DNA from: the human T2T-CHM13v2.0 reference genome, Homo sapiens
NCBI RefSeq assembly: GCF_009914755.1
Contig: NC_060928.1
Length of the DNA stretch: 64,000 nucleotides
Strand: one strand, 5' to 3'
Shown here: positions 40,217-52,839 of the stretch, one piece after another
Layout: each line of letters begins with the position of its first letter
How positions within the stretch are numbered: position 1 is the stretch's first letter
The notes under the pieces: model-generated
Told to the model about the DNA's origin: nothing
The model's input: the letters and a program-made list of their open reading frames with translations, nothing else
The model's database searches: none
Position numbers and translations under genes: made by a program

Positions 40217-43200
40217 TTTGTTGAAAATTTTTATCATGAAGGGATGTTGGATTTTAACAAGTGCTTTTTCTGCCTCTATTGAGATGATCATACGGTTTTT
40301 GTTTTTAATTCTGTTTATATGGTGAATCACATTTATTGATTTGCATTTGTTCAACCATCCTTGCATCTCAGGAATAAAACCCACTTGATCATGATGAATT
40401 ATCCCTTTGATGTGCTGCTGAATTTGTTTTGCTAGTATTTTGTTGAGGATTTTTGCATCTATATTCATCAGGAATATTGGCCTGTAGTTTTCTTTTGTTG
40501 TTGTGTCCTTGCCAGATTTTGGTATCAGTATGATACTGGTTTTGTAGAATGAGTTAGGGAGGAAGCCCTCCTCTTTGATTTTTTTGGAATGGTTTCAGTA
40601 AGATTGGTACCAGCCCTTTTTTGTACATCTGGTGGAGTGTGGCTGCAAATCCATCTGGTCCAGGGCTTTTTGTAGTTTTTTGGTGGGAAGATTTTTTTCA
40701 TTACTGATTCAATTCCATAACTTGCTGTTGATCTGCTCTAGATTTCAATTTCTTTCTACTTCAATCTTGGGAGGTTGTGTATTTCCAGGAACTTATCCAT
40801 TTCCTCTAGGTTTTCTAGTTTGTATGCATAGAGATGTTCATAACAGTCTCTGAGGATTTTTTTGTATTTCTGTGGTATCAGTCCTAATGTCACCTCATTA
40901 TACTTTGTCATTTCTGATTATGCTTATTTGAATCTCCTTTCTTTTTTCTGTTAATCTAGCTGGTGATCTACCCATTTTGTTTGTTCTTTCAAAAACCAAC
41001 TTTTCATTTTGTGTGGGTTTTTTTAATCTCAATTTCATTTGGTTCTTCTCTGGCCTTTTTTATTTCTTTTCTTCTGCTAGCTTTGGGTTTGGTTTGTTCT
41101 TATTTTTCTAGTTCCTTTAGGTGTGACATTAGGTTGTTAATTTGAGATTTTTCTATCTTTTTTAGGTAGGCATTTAGCATTATAAACTTCCTTTTTAGCA
41201 TGGCTTTTGCTGTATCCCAGAGGTTTTGGTATGTTGTGTCTCTATTTTCATTAGTTTCATTTTTGTTGACTTCTGCCTTAATTTTGTTATTTACCCAAAA
41301 GTCATTCAGGAGCAATTTGCTTATTTTACACATACTTGTGTGGTTTTGAGAGTTCCTCTTCCTATTGATTTCTGATTGTATTCTACTGTGGTCTGAGAAA
41401 ATGCTTGACATGATTTTGATTTTTTAAATTTATTGAGACTTGTTTTATGACTGAGCATGTAGTTAATTTTGGAGAATGTCCCATGCTCAGATGAGAAAAA
41501 AATGTGTATGCTGTGGTTGTTGGGTGGTGTATTCTGTATATGTCTATTAGGACTACTCGGTTAAGAGTTCAATTTAAGTACAGAGTTTCTTTGTTAGTTT
41601 TCTGCCTTGATGATCTATCTAGTGCTATCAGTGGTATGTTGATGTCTCCCACTATTATTGTATGGCTGTCTATCTCTTTTCTGAGGTCTAGCAGCATTTG
41701 TTTTATGAATCTGGATGCTCCAATGTTGGGTGCATATATGTTGAGGATAGTAAAATCCTGTTGAATTGAACCCTTTATCATTATATAATGGCCTTCTTTT
41801 TACTGTTGTTGCTTTGGAGTATGTTTTATCTGATACAAGAATAGCAACTCCTGCTCTTTTTTGTTTTTGTTTGCGTGATAGATATTTCTCCATCCCTTTA
41901 CTTTGAGCCCATGGGTGTTATTACACATGGAGATGTATCTCTTGAAGGCAGCAGAAGGTTGGACCTTGTTGTTGCTGTTGTTGTTTTATCCCACTTGCCA
42001 CTTTTAAGCATTTAGGCCACTTATGTTTAAGGTTAATATTGATATGTGAGGTTTTGTTCCTGTCATATTTTTGTTACCTAGTTTCTTTGTAGTCTGAATT
42101 GTGTAATTGCTTTATAGGATCTGTTAGCTTTGTACTTATGTGTGCTTTTATGATACCAAGTATAGTTCTTTTGTTTCCATGTTTCGAACTTCTTTGAGCA
42201 TCTCTTGTAGGCCTAGTCTGGTGATGATTAATTCCCTTAGCATTTGTTTGCCTGATAAATACTTTATTTCTCCTTCATTTATGAAACTTAGTTTAGCAGG
42301 ATATGAAATTTTTGGCTGGCATTTTTTTTTCTTTACAAAGGCTAAAATTAGGCCCCCAATCTCTTCTGGTTTGTAAGGTTTCTGCTGAGAATTCTATTGT
42401 CAGTCTGATGGGATTTCCTTTACAGGTAATGTGATCCTTTTCTTCAGTGGCCTTTAAGATTTTTTCTTTTACATTGACCTTGGACAGTCAGATGACTATA
42501 TGCTTGGGAATGGTTGTCTTTTATAGCATCTTGCAGGTATTTTCTGAATTTCTCGTATCTGAATGTTGATCAATCTAGCAAGATTAGGGACATTTTCCTG
42601 AAGTATTCCTTTGATTACATAATCCACATTTCTTACTTTTTCATCTTCTCTCTCAAAAATGTCAGTAAAGTGTAGGTTTGGTCACTTTACGTAATCCCCT
42701 ATTTCTTGAGGGCTTTGTTCATTTTCTCAGTCTTTTTGTTTTTGTTAATGCAAAAGACTGGTCTTCAAGCTCTTAAATTGTTCCTTCTAGTCTTTATCTA
42801 GTCTATTGTTTAAAGCTTCCAATTGTATTTTGAAATTCCTGTAGTAAATTTTTCAATTCCAGATGGTTTATTTCATTTTTTCTTAATATAACTGTCTCAT
42901 CTTTCATGTGCTGAGTCATTTTTCTGTTTTTTTTGTGTGTGTTGAATTTCAACTTTCTCTTGGATCTCATTCAGTTACTTTGAAATCCATATTTTGAATT
43001 CTTTGTCATTCTAGACTTTCAATTTAATTAAGATTCATTGCTAGAGAGATAGTGCAATCCTAGGTGTCAAGACACTCTGGCTTTTTGTATTGTCGGAGTT
43101 CTTGCACTGATTCTTTCCATCTGAGGGAGCTGCTCCTTCTTATTTTTGAATTTGCAATCATTTGGATGAGACTTCTAAATTTTTTTATTCTTTTTTTCCT

Positions 43201-43579
43201 TGAGGGTATGACCATGGAGTATGTTGTGTATGATTATTTGGCTTTGTTTGTGGGTACTTTCAGAGGCCTAAGGCTCTGTTTGGGTTCCTCGGTTGTGGAT
43301 AGCTTCTGTGTGCTTTCTCAGATGCTGTTTGTTGTAGTTATGTATTGTATGAGCTTACACACTATCTCCCGCAGGGCTGAGGGTGTGGAGGATTCAAGAA
43401 GCTTATCTCTGGACTAGCACTAAGCCCTTCTGACAGCAGGATTTTTATTTGGTAGTGCAGTTCAGGCTTATTGAACTGAAGCAATATCCATGGCCCGCAG
43501 CCACATTGGAGGTGCTTAAGAGTAAAAGCCAGCTCATCCTCAGGTGGGCTGATGAAGATTGAAAACAGCCTGCTCTGAT

Positions 43580-45040
43580 CCATCTTGAATTAATTTTTAT
43601 ATAAGGTGTAAGGAAGGGATCCAGTTTCAGCTTTCTACATAAGGCTAGCCAGTTTTCCCAGCACCATTCATTAAATAGGGAATCCTTTCCCCATTTCTTG
43701 TTTTTGTCAGGTTTGTCAAAGATCAGATGGTTGTAGTTCTGTGCTATTATATCTGAGGGCTCTATTGTGTTCCATTGTCTATATCTCTGATTTGGTACCA
43801 GTACCATGATGTTTTGGTTACTGTAACCTTGTAGTATAGTTTGAAGTCAGGTAGCATGATGCTTAAATGTTAGACCTAAAACCATAAAAACCCTAGAAGA
43901 AAACTTAGGCAATACCATTCAGGACATAGGCATGAGTAAGGACTTCATGTCTAAAACACCAAAAGCAATGGCAACAAAAGCCAAAATTGACAAATAGGAT
44001 CTAATTAAACTAAAGAGCTTCTGCACAGCAAAAGAAACTACCATCAGAGTGAACAGGCAACCTACAGAATGGGAGAAAATTTTTACAATCTACCCATCTG
44101 ACAAAGGGCTAACATCCAGAATCTACAAAGAACTTAAACAAACTTACAAGAAAAAATCAAACAACCCCCTCAAAAAGTGGGAAAAGGATATGAGCAGACA
44201 CTTCTCAAAAGAAGACATTTATGCAGCCAACAGACATATGAAAAAATGCTCATCATCACTGGCCATCAGAGAAATGCAAATCAAAACCACAACGAGATAA
44301 CATCTCACACCAGTTAGAATGGCAATCAGTAAAAAGTCAGGAAACAACAGGTGCTGGAGAGGATGTGGAGAAATAGGAACACTTTTACACTGTTGGTGGG
44401 ACCATAAACTAGTTCAACCATTGTGGAAGACAGTGTGGCAATTCCTCAAGGATCTAGAACTAGAAATACCATTTGATCCAGCCATCCCATTACTGGGTAT
44501 GTACCCAAAGGATTATAAATCATGCTGCTATAAAGACACATGCACATGTATGTTTACTGCGGCACTATTCACAATAGCAAAGACTTGGAACCAACCCAAA
44601 TGTCCATCAATGATAGACTGGATTAAGAAAATGTGACACATATACACTATGGAATACTATGCAGCCATAAAGAAGGATGAGTTCATGTCCTTTGTAGGGA
44701 CATGGATGAAGCTCGAAACCATCATTCTGAGCAAACTATCACAAGGACAGAAAACCAAACACCCCATGTTCTCACTCATAGGTGGGAATTGAACAATAAG
44801 AACACATGGACACAGGGTGGGGAACATCACACAGTGGGGCCTGTCATGGGGTGGGGGTAGGGGGGAGGGATACGATTAGGAGAAATACCTAATGTAAATG
44901 ACGAGTTAATGAGTGCAGCACACCAACATGGCACATGTATACGTATGTAACAAACCTGCATGTTGTGCACATGTACCCTAGAACTTAAAGTATAATAAAA
45001 AAAATAAAAAATAAAAAAATAAAAATAATTAAATAAAAAA
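43580..45040 (+). mobile_element. L1PA4/5-like insertion with 5' inversion, inside host 5'UTR
   Basis: antisense ORF2 piece 43580-~43862 then sense ORF2 end, 3'UTR and A-rich tail; degenerate TSD GAAAACAGCCTGCTCTGAT / GAATACACCTTCTCTGAT. Confidence 0.93.
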
Positions 45041-46402
45041 GAATACACCTTCTCTGATGCAGGGTAGTGGGGTAGGAAGAGATTGTGTTGAGGTGTGCCA
45101 AGGTCTTGGAGGAAGGAGCAGGAGGGATTCACCAGCTCCTCATCCAGAGCAGGCAGGAATGCAACCCACTTCCCTATCATGCTCCTGTCAGAGGACTTAT
45201 GAACTTCAATTCATAAAGACTGTGACCTTTGATTCCTGACCACAGTGTGACTGCAGGACACGGATATGCCCCTCTGATGGCTACCGCCAAAATGAGTTGA
45301 AGAGGCTTTGCCCCTTCCCGCAGTCCAGTGCAGGCAGCTCCATAATTTTTCTGTCCTCTGTTGCCAAGACATTGCCGCTCTGCAAAGGGAGGAGTAGCTG
45401 GGTCCAGTCCTTTGGCATCCAAGTGGCATAGGGTCAATTTCAGTGGGGGGTGGAGCTGGCATGAAAAGCACAAAAAATGCTTTCTCCGCATGTCCACACA
45501 CTCACCCCCAGTGAGAAGAGCTACTGCTGTGTCTGCAACAGAGGACGGGAGTGGGGCAGTGGGCAGGACAAGTCCCCCTCTCCACTTCCATTTCCAGGCA
45601 TCAGTGCTGTCCCCTTCATTGATTGCCATCACACCTCTGTTTCCTTTGTCCCAAGGGAGGCCCTGGTGGGCTGTACTCCCCCCTCCCTTAGGGGGGCCCA
45701 TGCAGACCATTAGATTTCCAGGGATTCTGCAGTTTCCTGGGGACCCACTGTCCCCTGTGCTTGCCAAAGTCCAAGCAGGTTGTTAGGTATGGTGGCGTGG
45801 CGACTCGACGGCAGAGAATCCCTGGCCAGGGCGGTGGCCCACTATGGTGCACAACCAGTATGGCACCTGCTGTCTCAGTTCAGGTATGAGAGAGTGTGGG
45901 CACACCTACACGAGCTGGCCACCCAGGTCTCTGTCCCTGGAAAGTTCCCAAATTGCCACTAACAGCATTGCTCAGGGTCACCAGGGGAGAGGGGCTCCCC
46001 AACAGTTGGTGGTCAGCAGATTGTCAGAGGGGTGAGGGAAGCAGAGAAGCACTCCCACCTACTCTTTCTGCAGGGCTCCACATTCCTCAGGGGCTGATCT
46101 CTGCCGTATTCTTGCTGCTTTCCTTTTCTGCAGCCCAGCTTCTTCCTTTGTGCTCTCTGACACGTTCTGGTTCTCTTCCCTCAGTTTTCCATTTGAAACT
46201 TGTCCATTCACCAGTAACTTTGATCTTCTTTCCGAGTAGAACTGGCACCTGATGTCACTAAGTCAGCCATCTTGAAAAAAACACATTAGTTTCTTTAATA
46301 GTTTTTACCCCGTACCTTTTGCATAATCTCCTGACATTTGATTATCAGAAAGAGTATTTTTCAAAGTACATGGGCCATAAACTTGCGAGTTACCTGAATA
46401 AG

Positions 46403-46895
46403 TTGTTATTCTGGTTATTATTACTGTTTAACAAACCAGACCAAAACTCAGTGGCTTAAAACAAGAGTCATTCATTCATCAATCTGGGCAGGGATTGGTA
46501 AGCTTGGCTTATCTCTGCTCCACATAGTCAGCAGGTGCTGCTTGAAGGTGATTAACATCCAGGGGCTGGAATCCTCAGCAGGCCCACTCTCTCACTCATG
46601 TGTCTTGGGCTTGTTGCTGGGTGTTAGCTGGGTGGTTGGCCGGAACCTACATAGGGCCTCACCATATGGCTGCTTGGCTTCCTTATAGCACTGTGGCTTG
46701 GTTCCAACAATAAGTATCCCAAGAGACAAAAGGTGGAACCTACTGTTCAAATTCTAGGCCCAGAAACCTGCACAGCATCCCTTCCACTATATTCTCTTGG
46801 TTAAAGAGTGACTTTACCCAGAGTCAAGGAGAGGAGACAGAATCCAGCTCTCCATACAAGGAGCATCAACGAATTTGGGGACCAGGTTTTAAAAC
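46403..46895 (-). mobile_element. MaLR LTR (MLT1G/H-like)
   Basis: CAAAACTCAGTGGCTTAAAACAA...AATCTGGGCAGGG...CTTATCTCTGCTCCAC. Confidence 0.8.
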
Positions 46896-46899
46896 TGAT

Positions 46900-47015
46900 A
46901 CACTTATTTAAAATGCAAATACTTGGGTTTTACACCTTAGACCTATTAATCTGTTTTTCTGAGGCTTGTGGCTGGAAATGTAGTTTTAATAAATAATCTT
47001 AAATTTTTCTTAGAC
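46900..47015. mobile_element. MER5-like hAT fragment
   Basis: TTAAAATGCAAATACTTGGG...CTTAGACCTATTAATC. Confidence 0.55.
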
Positions 47016-47411
47016 CAAAATTTGATTTACATATCATCTTAGAACCTCCTATTTAACATAAAAGTTTCATCTTCCCTATATTTAATTGCTTTAGCCAAGA
47101 GTGTCTTGTGATATCCCACAATCACCATGTTCTGTTTGAGGGGAGGGGATAGTGCCAAGTAGTTTATTCTGAACTTGAATTCCTCCCACACTACATACAG
47201 AGCAGAGCACAGGAAAATGTGGGAGACACTGAGCAAGTGAAGGGTTAATAATTCTGAAGTCATCACGATATGCATCCAGTAAGAAGCTGCATTCTGATTT
47301 AAAAAAAAAACAAAAAAGCTTCCACTGATGTTTATCTGCAGTACCCCTCACTTTTGAGATGTGTTTCCTTTCCATATGAAGGTTAAAGAGGGGGAATTAT
47401 TTCAGTCGGGG

Positions 47412-47833
47412 TGTATGTTAGTGGGGTTCCCTTGAGAAGCAGACCCCGAAATAAGAACTGAATACACATAGTTTATTTGGGAGATCCAGGGACAGACGAG
47501 ATGGAGAAAATAAGGCAGTCAATACAGGCACATTATTAAGCCAGCTACCTTCAGTGGGCAGCTGGAGTTTAATCCAACTGGGAAGCTCTGGGAAATGGAA
47601 TAAAACACACACATCCAAGTTATCCTGCTAAGGGGAAGCAGAGCTGGGGTATTCATATTCCTACCCTCTTAAGTAATCTGTAATGATGCTCCTAGGGGAT
47701 AGGTAATTCCTAGGTATTTCAATTGGCAAAGTGGATCCCAGCAGCCCAAGAGCAGGTATTGGCCATTGTAAACGCGGCTGGTGTGCATGGAAATGGTTAG
47801 AGATCTAAGAGGATCTAAGCAGAACACATCCAC
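47412..47833 (-). mobile_element. LTR16-like ERVL LTR
   Basis: GGGTTCCCTTGAGAAGCAGACCC...TAGTTTATTTGGGAG...GTGGGCAGCTGGAGTTTAATCC. Confidence 0.8.
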
Positions 47834-47925
47834 AAAATGTCAGAAGATCCAACATCAGCGCTCTGGCTTCACTGAAACAAGTCAGACCAAGGACTCTGAC
47901 GTATCCAATGTTCTAACTGGTTCTT

Positions 47926-48044
47926 TAACCTGCTCAACATCACAAAGCTGAGTAAATGCTAGAACTGGCATATAAACCTAGGCCAGTCTGCTTCTAAATG
48001 CTTTTAGGTGTCATTACCCTCAAAAGGGTAAAGGTCTGCTTTGA
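47926..48044 (+). repeat. 119-bp direct duplication, copy 1 (probable insertion)
   Basis: ungapped match to 51102-51220, about 12 mismatches by hand count (~90%). Confidence 0.95.
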
Positions 48045-49409
48045 TTACTCTCTGTTCTGTTATTTTAGATTATACATGGAACTCCTTACTTTTCTTGGAG
48101 GTAAATAATCTGCCTAACTGAGAATCTTGTGCTATTTCATTTTTCCTAAAGAAGCAACTACTTATCAATGAAAGAATTAGCTTTTGGAGCATTTGTGACA
48201 CTGTTTCCAGATGTGTATTTTCCAATATGAGCTGGCCAGATCCAGAGGAGCTCATGCCATGGTACAGCAGAAAATGCACAAAAGCCGTATGGATATCTTT
48301 CACTTCATTAAGACCCTGGACTACTTTGATGTCATCTCTCCCAATTTATTGTGTGGTGTTTTCTTTTACAAGCAGAGGAAAACATCTGGGCTATTTCTCT
48401 CAGCTGGTTTTGCTCTTTTAGGTAGTATTTGGGATTATTGTTTGGAAGGCTATGTTCTAAATTGCCAGTGATAACACATGTGCTGGCTTTGCATTTCCTA
48501 ATATTCTTTCCCGTTGTTCCACCATGTATCTAAGCCAGCCCCTGTGCTGCCCAGCTGACCCTTCAGGTACTATATTCACAGTAATTCTCTTCAGAAGGCA
48601 AGCAAATTGCAAGACAGCTAATGAGTTTTAATGACAAGGCTTCTGCCTAGAGTGAAAAGCAATTATCTAATCATTATTCACTCAGGAGGTGGCATGTGAG
48701 GAGGTCCCAATGATTTCAGTTACATTTCTTTGGTTCATAAATTTATCCAGCTTACTAAGTATGTATCATTTTCTTCCCCAACAAGAACACTGTTTTCTTT
48801 CTAGACCACTTCTGTTTAAGGAAGGTAAAGCCATGGAATTAAGATTCATATTTGTGAAGATCCCACGGACATAATGACACCTAACGAGGTGGAATTTTAT
48901 TTCTCCTTATGGCATTTTTACACTAGAGACACTTCACACAGCCTTCTTATGAATGTGTCTGTTTATCTGTTCTTCCCTTGCTCTGCCACAATTTGCCTTG
49001 CCCTTTGAATTTAAGCCCTTTAAGTTCATACAAGCTGTCAATAAGTCAAAGATAGACTATGTTTTCATGGAAGTAGATAATGATATTAAATTTTATTACT
49101 CTAAATAGAGAATGCTAGCTAGACTCTTACTGGCCAAATTTACTGTATAGATATAGATATCTAGATATAGACAGATTTAAAGATACATAAAATCAAAATT
49201 TTTATAAATCTGTATATCTGTCTATACATATATGTGTACACCATAATCAGAGTGCACATATATAGATATGTTTGGTGTGATTCTAACAAAAATCTGAGTT
49301 ATCTATATAAATATAAATAAGAAATCTGTATTAGTTAATATATTAATTGTTAATATAGGCATTTAATTAAAATAATTGCACTTTGTTCCTCACAAAAATT
49401 TAAATGAGT

Positions 49410-49700
49410 ACATTTTTTAAATAGTATATTTTATATAACAGTGTAGATTTCCTACTTCTTTCAAAAAGCTAAAGATTAAGCAACACTGGGCCCTCATTCC
49501 TACATAGCAATGATATGCTAGAGTTATTAACATCGGCTCCTTTAGATTGGGAGAGTACGCTCTAGATTGCCGCTGACCTCATTACTCTCTGCTGTCTACC
49601 CAACACTAAGTCCTAATGTTAGTAACCACTGTGCTTGCAATAGTACTCAACTACATTCATGTGTTTGCATGAGTGGCCTAGCCTCTGAATGATTGGAAAT
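49410..49700. mobile_element. MER102/Charlie-like relic
   Basis: GCAACACTGGGCCCTCATTCC...GGCTCCTTTAGA. Confidence 0.55.
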
Positions 49701-50989
49701 TCTGGTTCTATATATAATGAAAGTTACAGGACAGAATATATGTTTGTCTATCCTTGTTCATCCAGTACCAATCATATAGTAAGTCCTTAACGAATAAGAT
49801 AAATGAATGAAAGGAAGGATAAATTGAGTCTTTAGCAAGAAAAGATACTTGGTTATAAAAATTATATTTCTTCCAGCATGGTAGAATTTTATGTCCCAAT
49901 TGCCAGTAATTTTGCTTACTCTTCAACCACTGCCTTGGCTCTGGGCCAAAGTTACCAGCAGCATGCTGAGGGGTTACAGGACGGAGTGACCAAAGTGGCA
50001 GCGGGCTGAGTTTATTGAGACTCCCAGAACTGTCCCCCCTTCCACATCACATATTACATTATTAATGAGGGGAAAGTGACCTTCTGTACCTTATTTAAAA
50101 AATGCAACCACTTGAGATTTGAGCAAGTGATTGGTATGGCTCCAGATGCCAGGAAGCCCAGATTTCTCCCCCAGTCTCTCTCATGCAACCCTTATGCTAT
50201 TAGTACTGCTCAACTAATAAAGAATATTGGATTTAATTTAATTTTTGGACAGAAATCTCACCAAAAGAGATTCGTTCACTTGTTTACTGTCTGTTTTCTG
50301 CACTAGAAAATGTTTCCTTAGAGCAGAACCCTGGTCTCAATTTGCCAGTGTGTTCCCAGTATGTGGCATCAAGTAAGTTCTCAATAAATACCTGTTGGAA
50401 AGGACGAATAAAGAAAAAAATGCTTGTAAGCAGAAAAGAACGAAGAGTTTGATCATTTTAGAAGCAAGACTAAAAGAAGTAAGAAAGGAAGGAGCTAAGA
50501 AGAAGAGTCCAAAATAGTAGAAAGAACAAAAACAGGAGCCAGGGGCTGTCCTTCTCCGCCAGACAGTCCTGCTCAACCACCCACTCTGTTATCTCTCCTG
50601 CCAATGCGGCAGAGCATTTTAAAGGTAAAAAGATGAGGGACAGGGATCAGCCATTATTGCTCACTTCAGCCCACCTTTATGCTGGGTTCCCAGCCTGCTT
50701 ATTCTCTGTGAGAAGGCTGGAGGATGCAGCCACCTGGCCAGCCACAGTGTCCTGCCTGGAACATGTCAGGTTGTGTAAGACCCTGGGAGGACCAGCATGT
50801 TAGCCACAGTGTTTGCACTGGCACCTCTTCCTCCTTCTGCCAGGGCCACGTATTCCTGGCCTTTGTCTCCCACTCAGGAACCTGAGACTCAGGCTTAAAA
50901 GGCTATGGAAGGGCAACATGTATTCCCAACAATGAACTGTGAAGTCACCTTACCCATAGTCCTGGCCTGTATTTACTAAGGGCTAATAA

Positions 50990-51190
50990 GCTGAGTTCTT
51001 CATATGCCTTACTCCACTTAAGCCTCACCACCCCTCCAGGAGGTAGCGACTGTGGTTATCCACATTTCTCAGATGAGCAAACTGAAGCTGAGAGAATTAA
51101 ATAACCTGCTCAGTATCACAAAGCCGAGTAAATGCTAGAACTGGCATATAAACCCAGGCCAGTCAGCTTCTAAATGCTTTTAAGCGTCAT
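50990..51190 (-). mobile_element. MIR (contains the donor of the 119-bp duplication)
   Basis: CATTTCTCAGATGAGCAAACTGAAGCTGAGAGAATTAAATAACCTGCTCAG. Confidence 0.8.
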
Positions 51191-51220
51191 TACCTTCAAA
51201 AGAGTAAAACTCTACTTTGA
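51102..51220 (+). repeat. 119-bp direct duplication, copy 2 (probable donor)
   Basis: continuous with the MIR core on its left; matches 47926-48044. Confidence 0.95.
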
Positions 51221-51536
51221 CCTTTCTTCTTGTCTTTGGTACCTTGCTCTCAGGTTAGCCGAGTACCTGATTCCCTTTTCTTCCATTATTGGTGTGGGGG
51301 ATAAATATCTAAGTACTGTATATTCATCTAATTTTCTCTGCTTAGTCACCATGATTTCTAAAGAAATGTAGCGATCTTTGCATATCTGTTTAACTTTTCC
51401 ATGGGGGTCATTGTAAGGGTTATTTTTTAGTTGTCTGCTTTTTCAGGGCTCCCTCCCACCTGCTGTAGCCCCAGAAACCATTCACACACCCTTTAAAGCA
51501 GAGAAGTGACATCTACCTGCTTACACTTTCTGGGCC

Positions 51537-51554
51537 GTGCTGCCCTCTAGTGGC
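51537..51554 (-). promoter_or_regulatory. candidate CTCF binding site
   Basis: reverse complement GCCACTAGAGGGCAGCAC matches the CTCF core CCAC(C/T)AG(A/G)(G/T)GGC(A/G)(G/C); non-repeat context. Confidence 0.7.
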
Positions 51555-52839
51555 TAAAGTAAATGCGGCTTCAGCTCAAGCCTCGTTTACATCTTAAGAG
51601 CCCAGAAGCTACATGTTCTTAAAAGGCTCCCCGATATCCACATTTAAGGCCAAATCAACATTCAGTCACAGTGGATTCTTTTAAATATTTGCTTGCATTT
51701 ATTGAATGACACAGGAACAACCACGGTCTATCAGTCCCCAGTAATCCAGGACTGGGATATAGATTCAAAACGACTGTGCGAGATATTTCCAAACGAAACA
51801 TTCTTCATTTCCTGGGCTTCAGGTTCCAAATCATTTCTTATTGTTCCTTTTTCCTTTGATCAGAAACTAAGAGAAAGCTCTAATGTGCATAGAGAAGACA
51901 GCGGTGGTAATTAATGTGTTGCTCTATGAGCAGTGCCTTCCTTTTACATGTCACAGAGGGAGCATAAATCAGATGGCACTGCTGTTTTTACAATGAAATG
52001 GAATGTGGAATGCAGTCTCCTTCGGAATTCTGACATTTTCTTCTAAATTTAAGGAAGAAGTAGGGATTTTGCAGGAAGACTGGAGAAGCTGGTAATAACT
52101 CTCTAAATTGCCAAATGTTATAAGGAGGTAGAGGTGAAAGTTGTAAGTCTATCTAAGATTTGTTTGTTTGTTGGTTGTGACCGTTTTTAAGAGCTTGTGT
52201 ATGAGAAAACAAAAACTTGGAAGCTGTGTCTACATAAAGCTACAAGATTGACCATACTGACTGGATTAACCCATGATTCTGTTGTTCTTCATTGAGTCCA
52301 CCAGTTGTTTTGATGATTTGTAGACATGGCACAACTAGCCCAATGAATTAGGCCAGACCACAAAGTTTGTAGAAACTAAGCTTGCAAGAATTCTGACTTG
52401 GACTCAGTTCCAGGTTCCTTTCATTTCAGTTTTATTACCAAAGCAGCAAACAACAGTGCACAAGTTATAGAGGACATGAAGGATACAAACGCTAGATGTT
52501 GTTTGCTGATGCCTCACATATTCACCCCCAAGTCACATCCAAATCAGCCCACGTGGGTAATGAATCTCCCAGGAGAATGGAGCCACACTCAGGTCTCATG
52601 GGGAGATCTACATATCAGCCAGAAATCCTGGAATTCAAGTAGAAAGCAGTACCTGGGAATTGGGGGTTGCTTCTCTTGAAGAGGGTATAAATGCATTCCA
52701 CATAAAGAATATTTATGTAAAGGAAGATGTGAACGGATCCTGGGTGGTCCAAGAGGTACAAGGTTTCTGATATTTTTTCTCAACTAAAAGATCCCTGAAC
52801 CTATAGATGGATGCAGTTTTTGCTTTTTTATTTGTTTGG

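Larger units (their letters stand above)
36458..46281 (-). mobile_element. full-length antisense L1PA16/17-like LINE (host of nested insertions)
   Basis: 3'UTR at left; ORF2 peptides ([12 protein letters not shown]...HHDQVGFIP; TILNIYAPNIGA); ORF1 ~42100-43060; GC-rich 5'UTR ending AGTCAGCCATCTTG; TSD CACATTA(T/G)TTTCT at 36445-36457 and 46282-46294. Confidence 0.88.

Noticed and set aside
45177-46252. Cluster of 100-196 aa ORFs on both strands
   Set aside because: Lies in a GC-rich L1 5'UTR where stop codons are rare; no recognisable domain
48211-48471. Protein-like overlapping ORFs
   Set aside because: No recognisable family and no convincing splice or Kozak context
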